A stretch of 64,000 bases of DNA from Mobula hypostoma. Its lineage: Eukaryota. The stretch covers positions 125,490,001 to 125,554,000 of the forward strand of contig NC_086097.1 in NCBI RefSeq assembly GCF_963921235.1, written 5' to 3'. A program made the translations under genes and the position numbers. Of the stretch, positions 23,438 through 36,539 are shown piece after piece (within the stretch, counting starts at the first letter, position 1; every line of letters starts with the position of its first letter). The notes below the pieces were generated by a model. That model saw only the letters and a list, made by a program, of their open reading frames with translations. It searched no databases and had not been told where the DNA came from.

Positions 23438-24524
23438 GTTTTGGTGCTCGTTTTGCAAAATAAAATAACTCTATTCAGTCTACCAACATGGCTCTGAGGT
23501 AGTAGCCACTTTTTTTTTCTCATTAAGCTCCCTGCCCCTCACTGACTTCCAAATGCCAAGCACTACGGGATGTTGGAAATCCATGAGAACGCAGAAAATG
23601 CTTGGAATTTTCATCTGCTCGGACAACCTGTGCAACAAAGAAACTAAAGACAGTCCTAAAGCAAAAAGAGAAACAACACTGACAAAACTCAACAAGTTGG
23701 CAGCATCTGTGGAAAGAGAAACACACACTGTCTGTCCTGACTTGGTTATTTCCAGCATTTTCTGTTTTTGTTTCAGATTTCCAGCATCTGAATTTTTTGG
23801 CTTCCAGGACTAAAAGAAGTGCAATAATACTTGTAACACTGCCACTGTGTGAAAGTGGGAACAGTGTTATGACTTACCCAATCCATGCTCACTCCCCGCT
23901 GCTACCAGCAGGGAAGGAGGTACAGGAGCTTTTGGTCCCATAACACCATGTTCAGAAACAGTATTTACCCCTCCACTTGTAGGCTTCTGAACCAATTCCA
24001 CAACCTATAGACTCACTTTCAAGGACTCTACAACTCACGTTCTCAGTATTTTTTTTGTATTTACACGGTTTGTCTTCTTTTGCACATTGGTTGTTAATCT
24101 TTGTGTGTAGTTTTTCATTAATTCGATTGTATTTCTTTGTTGCGGTAAATGTATGCAAGAAAATAATTCTCAGAGTACTATATAGAGAAACATACATATT
24201 TTGTATATGTCAGATTTAAGTCAAAGTTTAATTTGAACTTTGACTTAAATCTGGTGAACTTAGTGTCATACCAAAGGCTTATGAAAAGTGCCTAATAGCT
24301 CCCATTGTTACCCCACCACTACTACATCCACCTCAGCCACTCCTCTTCACAGCCCCTCAGCACCTTTCATCTCTGCTTGCACTGTCAGTTTACACTTACA
24401 CTCCACATCTACACAGACACAGTCACTGTCCATTGTGTTTCATAGCCCTGCTGCTACCTAGAAGAGTTCCTCTTGCAAAGAATCACTTTGTCACTTTATC
24501 ATTCCCTGTCAGAGTTATCTTATG

Positions 24525-25292
24525 CAGGGGTCCCCAACCTTGCTCGCACCGCGGACCGGTTTAATATTGACAATATTCTTGCGGACCGGCCAACCTGGGG
24601 GCGGGGGGGGGTGATCAAGTAGGGTTAAACTCACCTCAACATGTCTTTTACAGTTAGGGTTGCCAACTTTCTCACTCCCAAATAAGGGACAAAAGTAGCA
24701 GTCAAATCCCGGGACACTTTACCCCGGAAAAAGACTACCATGACCATGAAGACTTGCGCGGGAAGCTGTGTGCGCATGCATGACATGCGCATGTGATGTG
24801 CGCATGCACGTACCTGCCGATTTTCCCCCCACAAATTGGTTTTGTCTTCACCTTCCCAACTATACTGTACATACATTATTTCTACTTTATATAGGCTGTG
24901 TACTTATCATATCATTCCTACTTTTACTATATGTTAGTGTTATTTTCAGTTTTATGTGTTATTTGGTATGATTTGGTAGGTTATTTTTTGGGTCTGGGAA
25001 CGCTCAAAATTTTTTCTCATATAAATTAATGGTAATTGCTTCTTTGCTTCACGCCATTTCGGCATGAAAGGTTTCACAGGAACGCTCTACCTTAGCAGGG
25101 GGAATACAGGACAAACCAATTTAGCCCAATTCCCAGCTAATACGGGACAGTTGGTAACCCTATGTTCAAGTTCAACAGTGCGTGACAGGGAAAGAGGAAA
25201 GGTTTAGCTGACTCATATCATTTCCTCGCGGCCTGGTAGCACATGCTCTGCGGCCCGGTACCGGTCCGCGGCCCAGTGGTTGGGGACTGCTG
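24525..25292. mobile_element. hAT (Charlie-like) non-autonomous element
   Basis: TIRs CAGGGGTCCCCAACC / GGTTGGGGACTGCTG; perfect 8-bp TSD ATCTTATG. Confidence 0.92.
24620..25162. mobile_element. Second hAT element nested in the first
   Basis: TAGGGTT...AACCCTA termini (TAGGGTTGCCAAC also at 24655); 8-bp flanks TGATCAAG / TGTTCAAG. Confidence 0.7.
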
Positions 25293-25504
25293 ATCTTATG
25301 TACAGATACTCCTGCATCTAGAGTCAGTTTACATACTTGCAATCCGTCTATGTATACACCCAGAGGCCACTTTATTAGGTACCACCTGTAAAGTGGTCGC
25401 TGAGTGTATCTTTATGGTCTTCTGCCGCCCACCCACTTCAAGGTTTAGCGTGTTGTGCATTCAGAGATGTTCTTCTGCACACCACTGTTATAAGTTTTCT
25501 AAAG

Positions 25505-26740
25505 GGAAAATCTGGTCTGATAAATCTTTTGTAATTCTTTGAGGAAATAACAAGCTGGATAGACAAAGGAGAGTCAGTGGATGTTGTTTATTTGGATTTT
25601 CAGAAGGCCTTTGACAAGGTGCCGTACATGAGGCTGCTTAACAAACTACAAGCCCATGGTATTACAGGAAAGATACTAACATGGATAGAAGATTGGCTGA
25701 TTGGCAAGAGGCAAAGAGTGGGAATAAAGGGAGCCTTTTCTGTTTGGCTACCAGTGACCAATAGTATGCTGCAGAGATCGATGTTAGGATCGCTTCTTTT
25801 CACGTTATATGTCAGTAACTTGGATGAAGGAATTGATGGCTTTGTGGCTGAACTTGCAGACGATATGAAGGTAGGCGGAGGGGCCAGTAGTGCTGAGGAA
25901 GTAGGGAGTCTGCAGAAGGACTGAGACAGATTGGGGGAATGGGCAATGAAGTGTCAGATGAGTATAGTGTGGGAAAGTGCATAGTCATGCACTTTGGCAG
26001 AAGGAATAAAGGCATGAACTATTTTATAAGTGGGGAGAAAATTCAAAAATTGGAGGTGCAAAGGGACTAAGAGAGTACTCGTGTAGGATTCCCTAAAGGT
26101 TAACTTGCAGGTTGAATCGGTGGTAAGGAAGACAAATGCAATGCTAGCATTCATTTCAAAAAGACTAGAATACAAAAGCAAGCATGTAATGTCAAGTCTT
26201 TATAAGGCATTGGTCAGAACACACTTGGAGTATTGTGAGCAGCTTGGGCCCCTTATCTAAGAAAAGATGTACTGGCATTGAAGATGATCCAGAAAAGGTT
26301 CACGAAAATTATCTCAGGAATGAAAGAGTTAAAAAATGAGGAGTGTTCAATGTCTCTGGGCCTATGCTCGCTGGAGTTTAGAAGAATGGCGGGGGGGATC
26401 TTATAGAAACTTATCAAATATTGAAAGTAGATGTGGAGAGTTTAGGACAAGACGGCACAGCATCAGAATTGAGGGATGTCCATTTAGAACAGAGATGAAG
26501 AAAGTTTTCTTTAGCTGGAGGGTAGTGAATCTCTGGAATTCATTGCCACAGGTGGCTGTGCAGGCCAAGTCATTTAAGGTGGAGGTTGACAGGCTCTTGA
26601 TTAGTCAGGACATCAAAGGTTACTAGGAGAAGGCTGGAGAATAGGGTTCAGAGGGATAATAGTTCAGGGATGATGGAATGGCAGAGACTCAATGGGCCAA
26701 ACGGCCTAATTCTGCTCCAATTTCTTATGGATTTATGATC
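25505..26740 (+). mobile_element. 5'-truncated CR1 LINE (RT to 3' end), decayed
   Basis: YLDFQKAFDKV, LADD, RVVNLWNSLP. Confidence 0.92.
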
Positions 26741-27555
26741 TAAAGAGATTGTGGGATGGATGGAAAGACTCCTGGATAATGCTGAGGACTCTGCCAACAT
26801 AGTGCTTCTGGTATATATCTTGGATGGGGTGGGGGAGAGAGAGACCACAATGATTCTCACAGCAGTCCTCACAATCTGTTGCAAGATCTTACAGTCAGAT
26901 GCCTTGTAATTCATTGTGTTTTACAGGATTACTTTTATATTTATATATATATATATAGTGGCTTTTGTGTGTTTTAATTGTGTTCTCTAATGCTTTTCTG
27001 TTGCAGCGGATCAGGAGTAACAATCATTTTGTTTTCCTTTACACTCACATACTGAAGAATGATAATAAACAATCTTGGATCTTGAATATCCAAATCCACT
27101 TTCCCGCCTATCATATATGAAAATAACTAATCAACGTAACACTTCAAGGCTGGCTTTATAGACATGTATTTCTGGATTAATAGGATAGCCAAGGCCACCA
27201 GAAAATCTTGGCTGTGCTGTACTAAGCCAACTCACAAGGCAATTGGGCTGTTGCTCTCTGAAGGTTTACGACCCTCCAACTATTAACGCTCTGTACCAAC
27301 ACGGACAACTTCACTCACTTCAACACCGAACTGATTCCACAACCTACAGACTCACTTCCAAGAATTCTACAAATCATGTTCTTAGTATCAGTTATTTACT
27401 ATTTTTTTAAGTTGCATAGTTGGTCTTTTGCATATTGGTTGTTTTGTCAGCCTTTGCTTGTAGGTAGGTTTTCAATTATTCCATTGTATTTCTTTGGCCT
27501 ACTATAAATGCTCACAAGAAGATGAATCTCAGGGTAGTATATGATGATATATATA

Positions 27556-28020
27556 CCCTCTTGACCACTTTATAAGGTATATCTATACACCTGCTCATTA
27601 ATGCAAATATCTAGTCAGCCAATCATGTGGCAAGCAACTCAATGCATAAAAGCATGCAGACATGGTCAAGGGGTTCAGTAGAAATGTGATACCAGAATGC
27701 AGAAGAAATGTGATCTAAGTGACTTTGACAGTGAAATGATTGTTGGTGCCAGATGGGGTGGTTTGAGTATTTCAGAAAAGCATCCAGTAAGCGGCAGTTT
27801 TGTGGGCCAAAAGTGTCTTGTTAATAAGAGATAGCGGAGGAGAACAGCCAGACTGATTCAACCTGATCAAAAGGCAACAGTAACTCAAATAACTACATGT
27901 TACAAGTGGTGTGCAGAAGAGAATCTCTAAATACACAACACATCAAACTTTGAAATGGGTGGGCTATAGCAGCAGAAGCCAGAAACATACTCAGTGATCA
28001 ACTTATTAGCTAAAGGAGGT
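27556..28020 (+). mobile_element. Internally deleted Tc1-type element nested in a Rex1-type 3' tail (27270-28050)
   Basis: Same TIR and HTH remnant as 11452-11996. Confidence 0.8.
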
Positions 28021-28469
28021 AGTTTGATAATAAATTTACTTTGAAACTTTGGTTTGTGCTCTGTGCCAATAATCTCTTGAGCAACTTCCATAAACATTGA
28101 AGTCCAGGAGGTTCGTGCTATGTTTGAGGCTCACAGTGCAGCAACAGAGATTGGCATGCTATGTCCCGTGTCCCTTGAGACATCTATTTTAGTCCTATGG
28201 AAGAGGCTGCTAATCTATTGACTGCATAGGAAGTAACATTCAGGTCAAGCTCAGTCATATTTGGGCAGTCAACCAGCACATGTTGATGGGAACCACTCTC
28301 ACTTGAACAGCATTTGTATACTTTGGGAAAGAGCAAGAAACCACAACTTTGGTATTACACAAAGAGCAGAGACAGAAGAAGCTGACAGAGGCAAGAGCTA
28401 CAACCCAAAGTGAAAAGACAACCAACAAAGGCGACATAGGAACAATAGAGCAGGAGTGGAAACAACAAA

Positions 28470-28960
28470 AAGGAAAAGGCCTCCCCACCACTGAGCACAT
28501 GCCCAAAGAGCGCTGCCATAAGACAGCAGCCTCCAACATCAAGGACACCCACCATACAGACCATGGTCTCTTCTCATTACTACCCTCGGGCAGTAGGTAC
28601 AGGAGCCTTAGGCCCTACAACACCAGGTTCAGGACCAGTTTTTACCCTACAACCATCAGGCTGCTAAACCAGCAGGGATAACATCACTCACCTCATCGCT
28701 GAACTGATTCCACAACCTATGCACTCACTTTCACGGACTCTACACATCATATTCTCAGTATTATTTATTTATTTGTTTGTTTGTTTATTATTTGTTTTTT
28801 TTTGTAATTACACAGTTTGTCTTCCTTTGCACATTGCTGGTAGTTGTTCACTGATTCTATTATATTTCTTTGTTCTACTGTGAATGCCTGCAAGAAAATG
28901 AATCTCAGGGCAGTTTATAGTAACATATACATACTTTCATAATAAATTTACTTTTAACTT
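28470..28960 (+). mobile_element. Rex1/Babar 3' fragment
   Basis: LFSLLPSGSRYRSLRPYNTRFRTSFYPTTIRLLN. Confidence 0.85.
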
Positions 28961-29134
28961 AGAACAGTGAAAGGTAAAAATCGAGGGGTAATATTAGCTT
29001 AGTGCTTCCACTGTTAAGGTTTAAACTAATAATGTTGCATGCATTTCTAGTTTAGGTGTTTCTTCCTCCAAATTGCAACTTTAATCTCTAGTCATTAATG
29101 CTGCACTTTCAAGGCCTCCTTTGACCTCATGGAA

Positions 29135-31010
29135 ATTAGAACACAGAACATTACAGCACAGTAAAGGCCCTTTGGCCCACAATGCTGTGCTGACCTTTTA
29201 AGCTACTCTAAGATCAATCTAACTCTTCCCTCCTACATAGCCCTCCATTTTTCTGTTATCCGTGTGTCTATCCAAGAGTTTCCTAAATGTCCATAATGTA
29301 CCTGCATCTACAACCAACCCTGGCAGCACACCCTGTGCTAAAAAAAACTTTCCTCTGACATACCCCCTTATATTTTCCTGCAATCACCCTAAAATTATGC
29401 CCCCCTTGTGAAACCGCTTTTTACTGGGCACCTCTGGAGATGCAGCTCGTTAGTCCCTCGCTAACAGCCACTGGACTCCGCGGTGAGGAAACCACCTTTC
29501 TCAGGCTCTATACATCTAGGGTGCATACGACTATGGTCCCATCAAGCCCGTGAAGTTGGGATGTATTGCCCAGCCGAACCCAAGTTTGTGTGAATGCTGT
29601 GTGATTTACTGCCCCCCTGCAATTGCCCGTCGGCAAGAAATAACAGTCCATACACTGCATAAAGAAAGTATATTTAAGAATATTAACTTAACCAAACAGT
29701 TTTAAAGAAAGAAAAAAAAAACAAAAGGGCCCATCTTAACTAAACAGTCATATATGCACATAAGTTGGAGTTTATCTTGCAGTTGTGTTTAACTCATGCG
29801 CTGGACCCTTGGACTGAATGAAAGCACACACCACCTTCTAAATGTCACTCAAAATCCATCTCGAACAAGTGGGCTCTCCCATAGGAGTATTGGTTCTTCC
29901 TCTTTGAATCCATTCATCTGCAGAAAGCACTTTGTGCAACAAGGACAGCATCCTCAGCCATCTTCCCTCCCATTCTTCTTCCAGCTCCAGCCAAAAAGAC
30001 CTCAACCCACACCAGTATCCCTCACAAAAACCTCTCCATCCGGCATTCTCTAGAACCTTTTCCCAATTCCACCATCCTGATTGGCTGACACCACATTCCT
30101 AAGTTGAAAAACAAAGCCCCTTATCTCAGTTCAAAGCCCAACAGGCTGCTCTTACAGAAATGCTAACGTAAAATATCAGTAAATATCATAGCAGTAAAAA
30201 TCTTAACCAGGGTTTTACACTTGTATTAGTCAAATCTGCCTATTCATTCAATCTATGCCTTTTATTGTACAGCTCCATCAAGTCAGCTCGTATCCTTCAC
30301 TCCAAAGAGAAAAGCCCTGGCTCGTTCAACCTATCTTTATAAGACATGCCCTCTAGTCCAGGAGGTCTACTACCATAACAGTAAATCTCCTCTGCGCCTT
30401 TGATGAAGCTTACACATCCTTCTTATAATGAGGCGACCAAAACTGAACTCAATATTCCAAGAGTAGTCTACCATGGTTTTATACAGCTGCAGCATTACCT
30501 TGAGGCTCAAACTTAATCCCCCAATTAATGAAGGCCAACACACCATATTCCTTCTTAACAATCCTATTAACTTGTGCAGCAACTTGAGAGATCTATGGAT
30601 ATGGACCCCAAGACTCTCTGCCCCTCCACAGATAAGGATCCTGTCATTAACCCTATATTCCACCTTTAAACTTGACTTTCCAAAGTGTTACAGTTTTCTG
30701 CGTTGAACTCCATTGTGCCACTTCGCAACCCAGCTGTGCATCCCATCAATGTCTCGTTGTAAGCCCAACACCACCAATCTTCAAGTTATCTGTGTATTTA
30801 ACATACACTTCCACTTTCTCATCCAGGTAATATATAAAAGCCACAAAAAGCAGGGAAGCCAGAACCTAATTCTGAATCCACGCAGCTAAGTTTCCCTGGA
30901 TCCCATGCCTCCTGATTTTCTGAATGAGCCTACCACGAGGAACCTTATCAATTGGCTTACTAAAATCTACATACACTACACCTACTGCCCCACCTTCAAC
31001 AGTGTGCCGA
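29135..31010 (-). mobile_element. Decayed CR1 LINE split by a solo LTR
   Basis: CR1 3' UTR at 29135 and RT remnants (MLQLYKTMV) at 30370-31000. Confidence 0.8.
29407..30219 (-). mobile_element. Probable solo LTR (813 bp)
   Basis: Termini TGTGAAACC...GGTTTTACA; interrupts the CR1 at ATGCCCCCT|TGTATTAG; CCAAT box on the minus strand near 30080; TSD imperfect. Confidence 0.7.
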
Positions 31011-31045
31011 AGTCTTTTCATTTGTGATAAAGGTTAGGCAATATA

Positions 31046-31493
31046 CACTCAGTGGCCACTTTGTTAGGTGCTGCCTGTTGTGTGCTCAGAGATGCTCTTC
31101 TGTACACCACTGTTGTAGCAGGTCGTTACTTGAGTTACAGGTCCTTCCTGTCAGCTTGAACCAGTCTGACCATTCTCCTCTGACCTCTCTCATTAACAGG
31201 GCATGTTTGCCCACAGAACTGCCACTCAATGAATGTTTTGGTTCTTTGATTCTGTAAACTCTACAGACTGCTGCACTATGAAAATTGCAGGAGATCAGCA
31301 GTTTCTGAGATACTCAAACCACCACCCTGTGTGGCCCAATCCCCATTCTGATATTTGGTCTGAATAACAATTGAATCCCTTGGCCATGTCTGCGTGTTTT
31401 TATGCATTATGTTGCTGACACATGATTGACTGATGAGATATTTGCATTAATGAGTAGCCATACAGGTGAACCCAATAAAGTGGCCACTGAGTT
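31046..31493 (-). mobile_element. Internally deleted Tc1-type element
   Basis: TIRs CACTCAGTGGCCACTTT / AAAGTGGCCACTGAGT. Confidence 0.88.
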
Positions 31494-31593
31494 TATATCT
31501 TGCCAAAGACAGCATTACAATGGGCTATGTTTTACATCATACATTGCATCAAACCACATGTCTCTTTAACTCTGCTTTGGAAGTCCTTTAGAG

Positions 31594-31659
31594 CAGGAGG
31601 TTCCCAACCGCCCGGTTAATGGTAGGGGTCCATGACATAAAAAAGTTTGGGAAACCCTG
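31594..31659. mobile_element. 66-bp hAT MITE
   Basis: TIRs CAGGAGGTTCCCAACC / GTTTGGGAAACCCTG; perfect 8-bp TSD CTTTAGAG. Confidence 0.88.
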
Positions 31660-32139
31660 CTTTAGAGTAACATATTCTCCCACAAGCATTAGAGAGGAAC
31701 TGAAGAAATAACTTATTATTCACTGGGTGACGACATCAGCAAAACACTTCCTAAAGGGGGAAATGGAGGCTGGAACCCTCGTTACACTTGAACTGAGATA
31801 TGGAATTAACCTGAACAACTTCTTACATATATGTTTCAATGATTGTGTGATTCAAAGGGATATTCTCGTAGATGACAGGTCCATCTGTCCATACCAACCA
31901 AGTCCTCATCTATCCAGTCCCATTTCTTCCATTTGGTCATTTTAATCCCATTAGGTCTTAGACCTCCTTTGCCAAGTCAAACAAGGTTATAGAACAAATA
32001 CTGACAAATGGGATTAGGCATTGGATGAAAGAAAGATTCAGAGCTACATAGGAGGGAAGGGTTAGATTGATCTTAGAGTAGGTTAAGAGGGCAGCACAAC
32101 ATCATGGGGTAAAGGGTCTGTACTGCTCTTCCCTCCTCA

Positions 32140-32540
32140 TGGTTATTTGAGTTATTGTTGCCTTCCTGCCAGCTTGAACCAGTCTGGCCATTCCCCGTTG
32201 GCCTCTCTCATTAAACAAGGTGTTTTTACCCACAGAACTGTTGCTCACTGAATGTTTTTGTTTCTCGCACCATTCTCTGTAAACTCTAGAAACTGTTGTG
32301 TGTGAAAGTCCCAGGAGATAGTCTAATCACCCCATCTGGCACCAACAATCTTTCCATAGTCAAAATCACTCAGATCACAGTTCTTCTCCATTCTGCTGTT
32401 TGGTCTGAATAGCAACCGAACCTCTTGACCATATCTACATGCTTTTTATGCATTGAGTTGCTGCCACAATTGGCTGATTAGATACTTGCATTAACGAGTG
32501 AGTGTACAGGTATATCTAGCAGAGTGGCCATTGCGTGTAT
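32140..32540 (-). mobile_element. Tc1-type fragment
   Basis: Homologous to 11580-11996. Confidence 0.8.
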
Positions 32541-33077
32541 GTGTCATACTATTTAACAATGCAATTTTGCATTCAGTAGACTAGCCGGGGCCACTAGAAA
32601 ACCATGTCAACATTGTTACTAAGCCATCTGACATGGAGACACAGGCTGTTGCCATCTGTTCCTCACAGCTGCTCCTAAATGATGATGAGCTGCAGCTGCT
32701 GAATGTGCGATCAGCTCCTGGTGTAGACCGTGGCAGTGTCCGTGCAGAACACCCAGCAATGCTTCATTCCCCTACAGCAGACTGTTCTCTGCAGGGCGCT
32801 GGGTGAGGAAAGGTAAGGACTAAGGGAAGTGGGAGAGAGGGGAAAGAGGATGGCGCAGGTGGAGGGAAAGGAAGAGTGGAGAAAAGTTGAGGGAGCAGAG
32901 TGAAGGAGGAGACAGGATGGACAACAATGGGAGAGGGGACAGGAAGAAGTGATTGTACCACTGTTAACTGTGGGCAAATGAAGGGCAATGCATATATTGA
33001 GCTGATAGTGGAGAGGAATACACAAGAGAGATACATTTGGCACAACGAATGGACAGAAAATGTGTAAGTATTGTTTA

Positions 33078-33610
33078 GAATTAGAACTAGAAACAGGCCC
33101 TTTGGCCCATCTAGTCTGTGCTGAACTGTATTCTGCCTCATCCCATTGACCCACCCCTAGACCAATACCCTCCATACCCCTCCCATTCAAACTTCTCTTA
33201 ACTGTTGAAACCGAACCCGTATCCAGTACCTCTGCTGGCAGCTCGTTCCACACTCTCACCACCCTCTCACTGAAGAAGTTCACCCTCCATTCCCCTTAAA
33301 TATCTCAACTTTCACCCTTGCCCTATGACCTCTAGTTCTAGTGTTTGCATATACTCTGTAGCCTTCATACTTTTGTATACCTCTATCAAACCTCCCCTCA
33401 TTCTCCTATGGTCCAGGAAATAAAGTTCTAACCTAGTCAACCTTCCCCTATAACTCAGTTGCTCAAACTTCAGCAATATCCTCGTAAATTTTCTCTGTAC
33501 TCTTTCAATCTTATTAGTATATTTCATGTAGTTAGGTGACGTAAACTGCACATTAATACTCCAAATGAGGCCTCAACAAACACCTTATATGCAACTTCAA
33601 CATCTCATCC
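33078..33610 (-). mobile_element. CR1 3' fragment
   Basis: KIERVQRKFTR, FFSERVVRVWNELP. Confidence 0.85.
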
Positions 33611-34689
33611 CAAAGTTCTACAAAGTGAGATCTCAATAAACTAGTTTAAAACACATTGCCCTTCTGGATGTGAAAACAACAGTGCAAATCCACAAGGTGT
33701 TACTATGTGCAATACAAAGTGAGAAACCAAGCCTGCCATTACCTCACTAAATGGTCGGTAGAGGACTTCAGTAGTAGGATTAGATGGTTAACGGGACTTG
33801 AGCTTAATTTCTCTTTAATGAGAAAGTATGGCTAGTCTCATTAAGGGTGATGGTTAGTACTGCTTGGAAAGATTCTCTTCAGAGATCTTCCCTCCTTGGC
33901 ATGCAATCTCAGGGTCCCTGACTGTATAAACCGTCTCTCAGATCCCACAGCCAGACCTGTTCTAGGAGACCCATTATTACACCCTGTTGTCTTGATCCCC
34001 TGAAGTCCCTTCTTCCCTGACACTATTCGATTTTTCCTTATTCAATCTCTTCCTTTCCACACCTGACAAATTTTGGACACTCTCCACCACTTCTGCAAGA
34101 CCAGTTCCCTGGAATAAAGGCAAAAAAGATACTTGATAGTTCTGCAAAACAGGCTTCAATCTGAAATGTTAACACTGTTTCTCTCTCTGTAGATGTTGTC
34201 TGACCTGCTGAGTGGTTCCAGCATTTTGCTTTTTTTAAATTTTAGACTTCCATAGTCTGCAGTTTTTATTTTTATTGCCAGCTGCCCCCCACCCCATCTC
34301 TAAGTGACTCATTTTCATCTTGAATCTCCAGTCCTTCTACAGTTCTATCCCACATCACGATGGACATGGGCCCTTCATTTTGTTTAAAAGAGAAACCCAG
34401 ACAGTGCCACCCTCCACCCACCTTATCCCAATAAGGGACATTAGATCATGATACACATTTTCTTTGTTGGTCATACAGAACATTCCTAGATTGTTTGGGC
34501 TGCCTCCCTCGCTTCTTTTCCTGTCAGTGGTGAACGTGTTGATGCCATTTCCTGCTCTCACATTGAAGTAGAAAGGTGTTGACAATTTCCATCCGGCTCA
34601 CACATATATTTGGTCCATCTTTCCTTTCCTTTCTCAACTTCCCATTCATTATTTCTAGGGATAGGTTAATGACTAATACACACTACAAA

Positions 34690-35090
34690 TTATAGAGCAA
34701 CACAGCCCTTTGACCCATCTAATCCACGCTGTAGTCCAATCAACCTGCACCCAAAACATAACTCTCCACTCCCCTCCCATCCATGTAATTATCCAATTTT
34801 CTCTCAAATCTTGAAATCATACCCACATCCACTATTTCCATTGGCAGCTTTTCCCACACTCGGACCACCCTCTGAGTGAAAAATTTCACCTTCATGTTCC
34901 CCTTAAGCATTTCACCCTTAACCCATGATCACTAATTCTAGTTCCACCCAACCCCAGTGGTAAAAGCATTCTTACATTTACCCTGTTGATGCCCCTCATA
35001 ATTTAAAAAATCTCTATCAAATCTCCTCTCATTCTCCTACGCTCCAGGGAATAAATTCAACCGTTCCCTATTACCCAGGTCCTCAAATAC
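34690..35090 (-). mobile_element. CR1 3' fragment
   Basis: Homologous to 33078-33470 and 45812-46212. Confidence 0.75.
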
Positions 35091-35324
35091 TGACTGGGAA
35101 CTCACGGATGTCCACAGCTAATTTTGCTGCACTTCTTCCCATTCTGCTTCCTGTAAGAACATCATTCTCAAAGAATCATAGTCATTCGGCAAGGAAACTG
35201 GCCCTTCGGCCCACTAGGTATCTGCTAACCATCAAGCACCACGTTGTACTAATCCTACACAAATCCAATTTTATTCTCTCCACTTTCCAATCAATCCAGC
35301 CACTCACACCAGATTCCCCCACCG

Positions 35325-35762
35325 CACGGGGAGAGGGAAGAACCACTCCTCCCCCTCACCTCCTCATGGGGTAGGGGGTAAAACCACTCCTCTCCTCACC
35401 TCCTCATGGGGGAGGGAGAAAACCACTCTTCCCACTCACCTCCACAAGGGGGTGTACAACCACTCCTCCCCCTCACCTCCACACGAGGGGGTACGACCAC
35501 TACTCCCCCTCACCTCCACACGGGATAGGGGGTAAAACCACTCCTCCCACTCACCTCCACATGAGGGGGTACACCCATTCCTCCCCCTCACCTCCACATG
35601 AGGGGGATGGGTACAAACACTCCTCCTCCTCACCTCCACATGAGAGGGTATGACTACTCCTCCCCCTCACCTCCACACGGGAGGAAGGGATGGGTACAAT
35701 CACTCCTCCCCCTCACCTCTACACGGGGGAGGGGCTACAACCACTCCTCCCCCTCACCTCCA
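35325..35762 (+). repeat. Degenerate ~40-bp minisatellite, about 10-11 units
   Basis: Core AACCACTCCTCCCCCTCACCTCCAC followed by a variable G-rich linker. Confidence 0.9.
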
Positions 35763-36539
35763 AAACTTTGGCTTTTTATTCCTCTCCACAGATGCTGACT
35801 GACCTGCTGGGTTCCTCCAGCATTCTGTGTGTGTTACTCTGGATTTCCAGCATCTGCAGAGTCTCGTGTTTAGAGTTCCCCTGGTCCTCACATTTCACCC
35901 CATCAGCCTCCACATTCAACATTACATTCTCTGTAATCTTAATGCAATGTCATCCCCAGATGCATTTGCCCCTCCCTCTCTCCTTTCAGCATTCCGAAGG
36001 GATCGTTTTATCCAGAATGTCTGTTTTGGCAGGGATTGAAGGAAAACTATGGACAACCCAGAGGGGTACAAGCTTCAACAAGCTTTTCCCATCACTCTGA
36101 CAAATGATTTCTCCTCAGTGCCAATCGTCCAGCTGTCAGTGTCAGCTTTCCTTTAAACCTATGGGTGGACAGTACATCAAACCTCTAATGATTGGAAGCT
36201 TCCCAGCAGTTTGATATTGGCAGGCAAGCTCTCCAAGGCATTTCCCAGGAGGCGGCAGATTCCATCAGTTACTAAGCTATTGGGAAGATACAATGAATTC
36301 CAGTTTGATGTTGACACAACAGATATCTTATTACTTATGAAGGACACTGTGAGGAAGCACCAGCCAGTGCCTGGAACAGCCTGTTTGATTTTCTGGTTAT
36401 TAAAACTGAAGACATTCCAGTCCTCAAAGGTTTCGCACAGACTAACAGAGGAAACCTACACTCAGTGACCATGGTGTGGAACCCAGTGTGATCTTTCCCA
36501 GCTGTAGGCCATCCAGCTTCAAGGTTCCACATATTGTGC

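Noticed and set aside
33977..34110. Minus-strand exon after a strong acceptor (TTTTTTGCCTTTATTCCAG)
   Set aside because: No good donor, stops in all frames nearby and no recognisable peptide
35325..35762. Repeat-spacer array with variable linkers
   Set aside because: Linkers are short, related G-rich variants rather than unique spacers; it is a degenerate minisatellite
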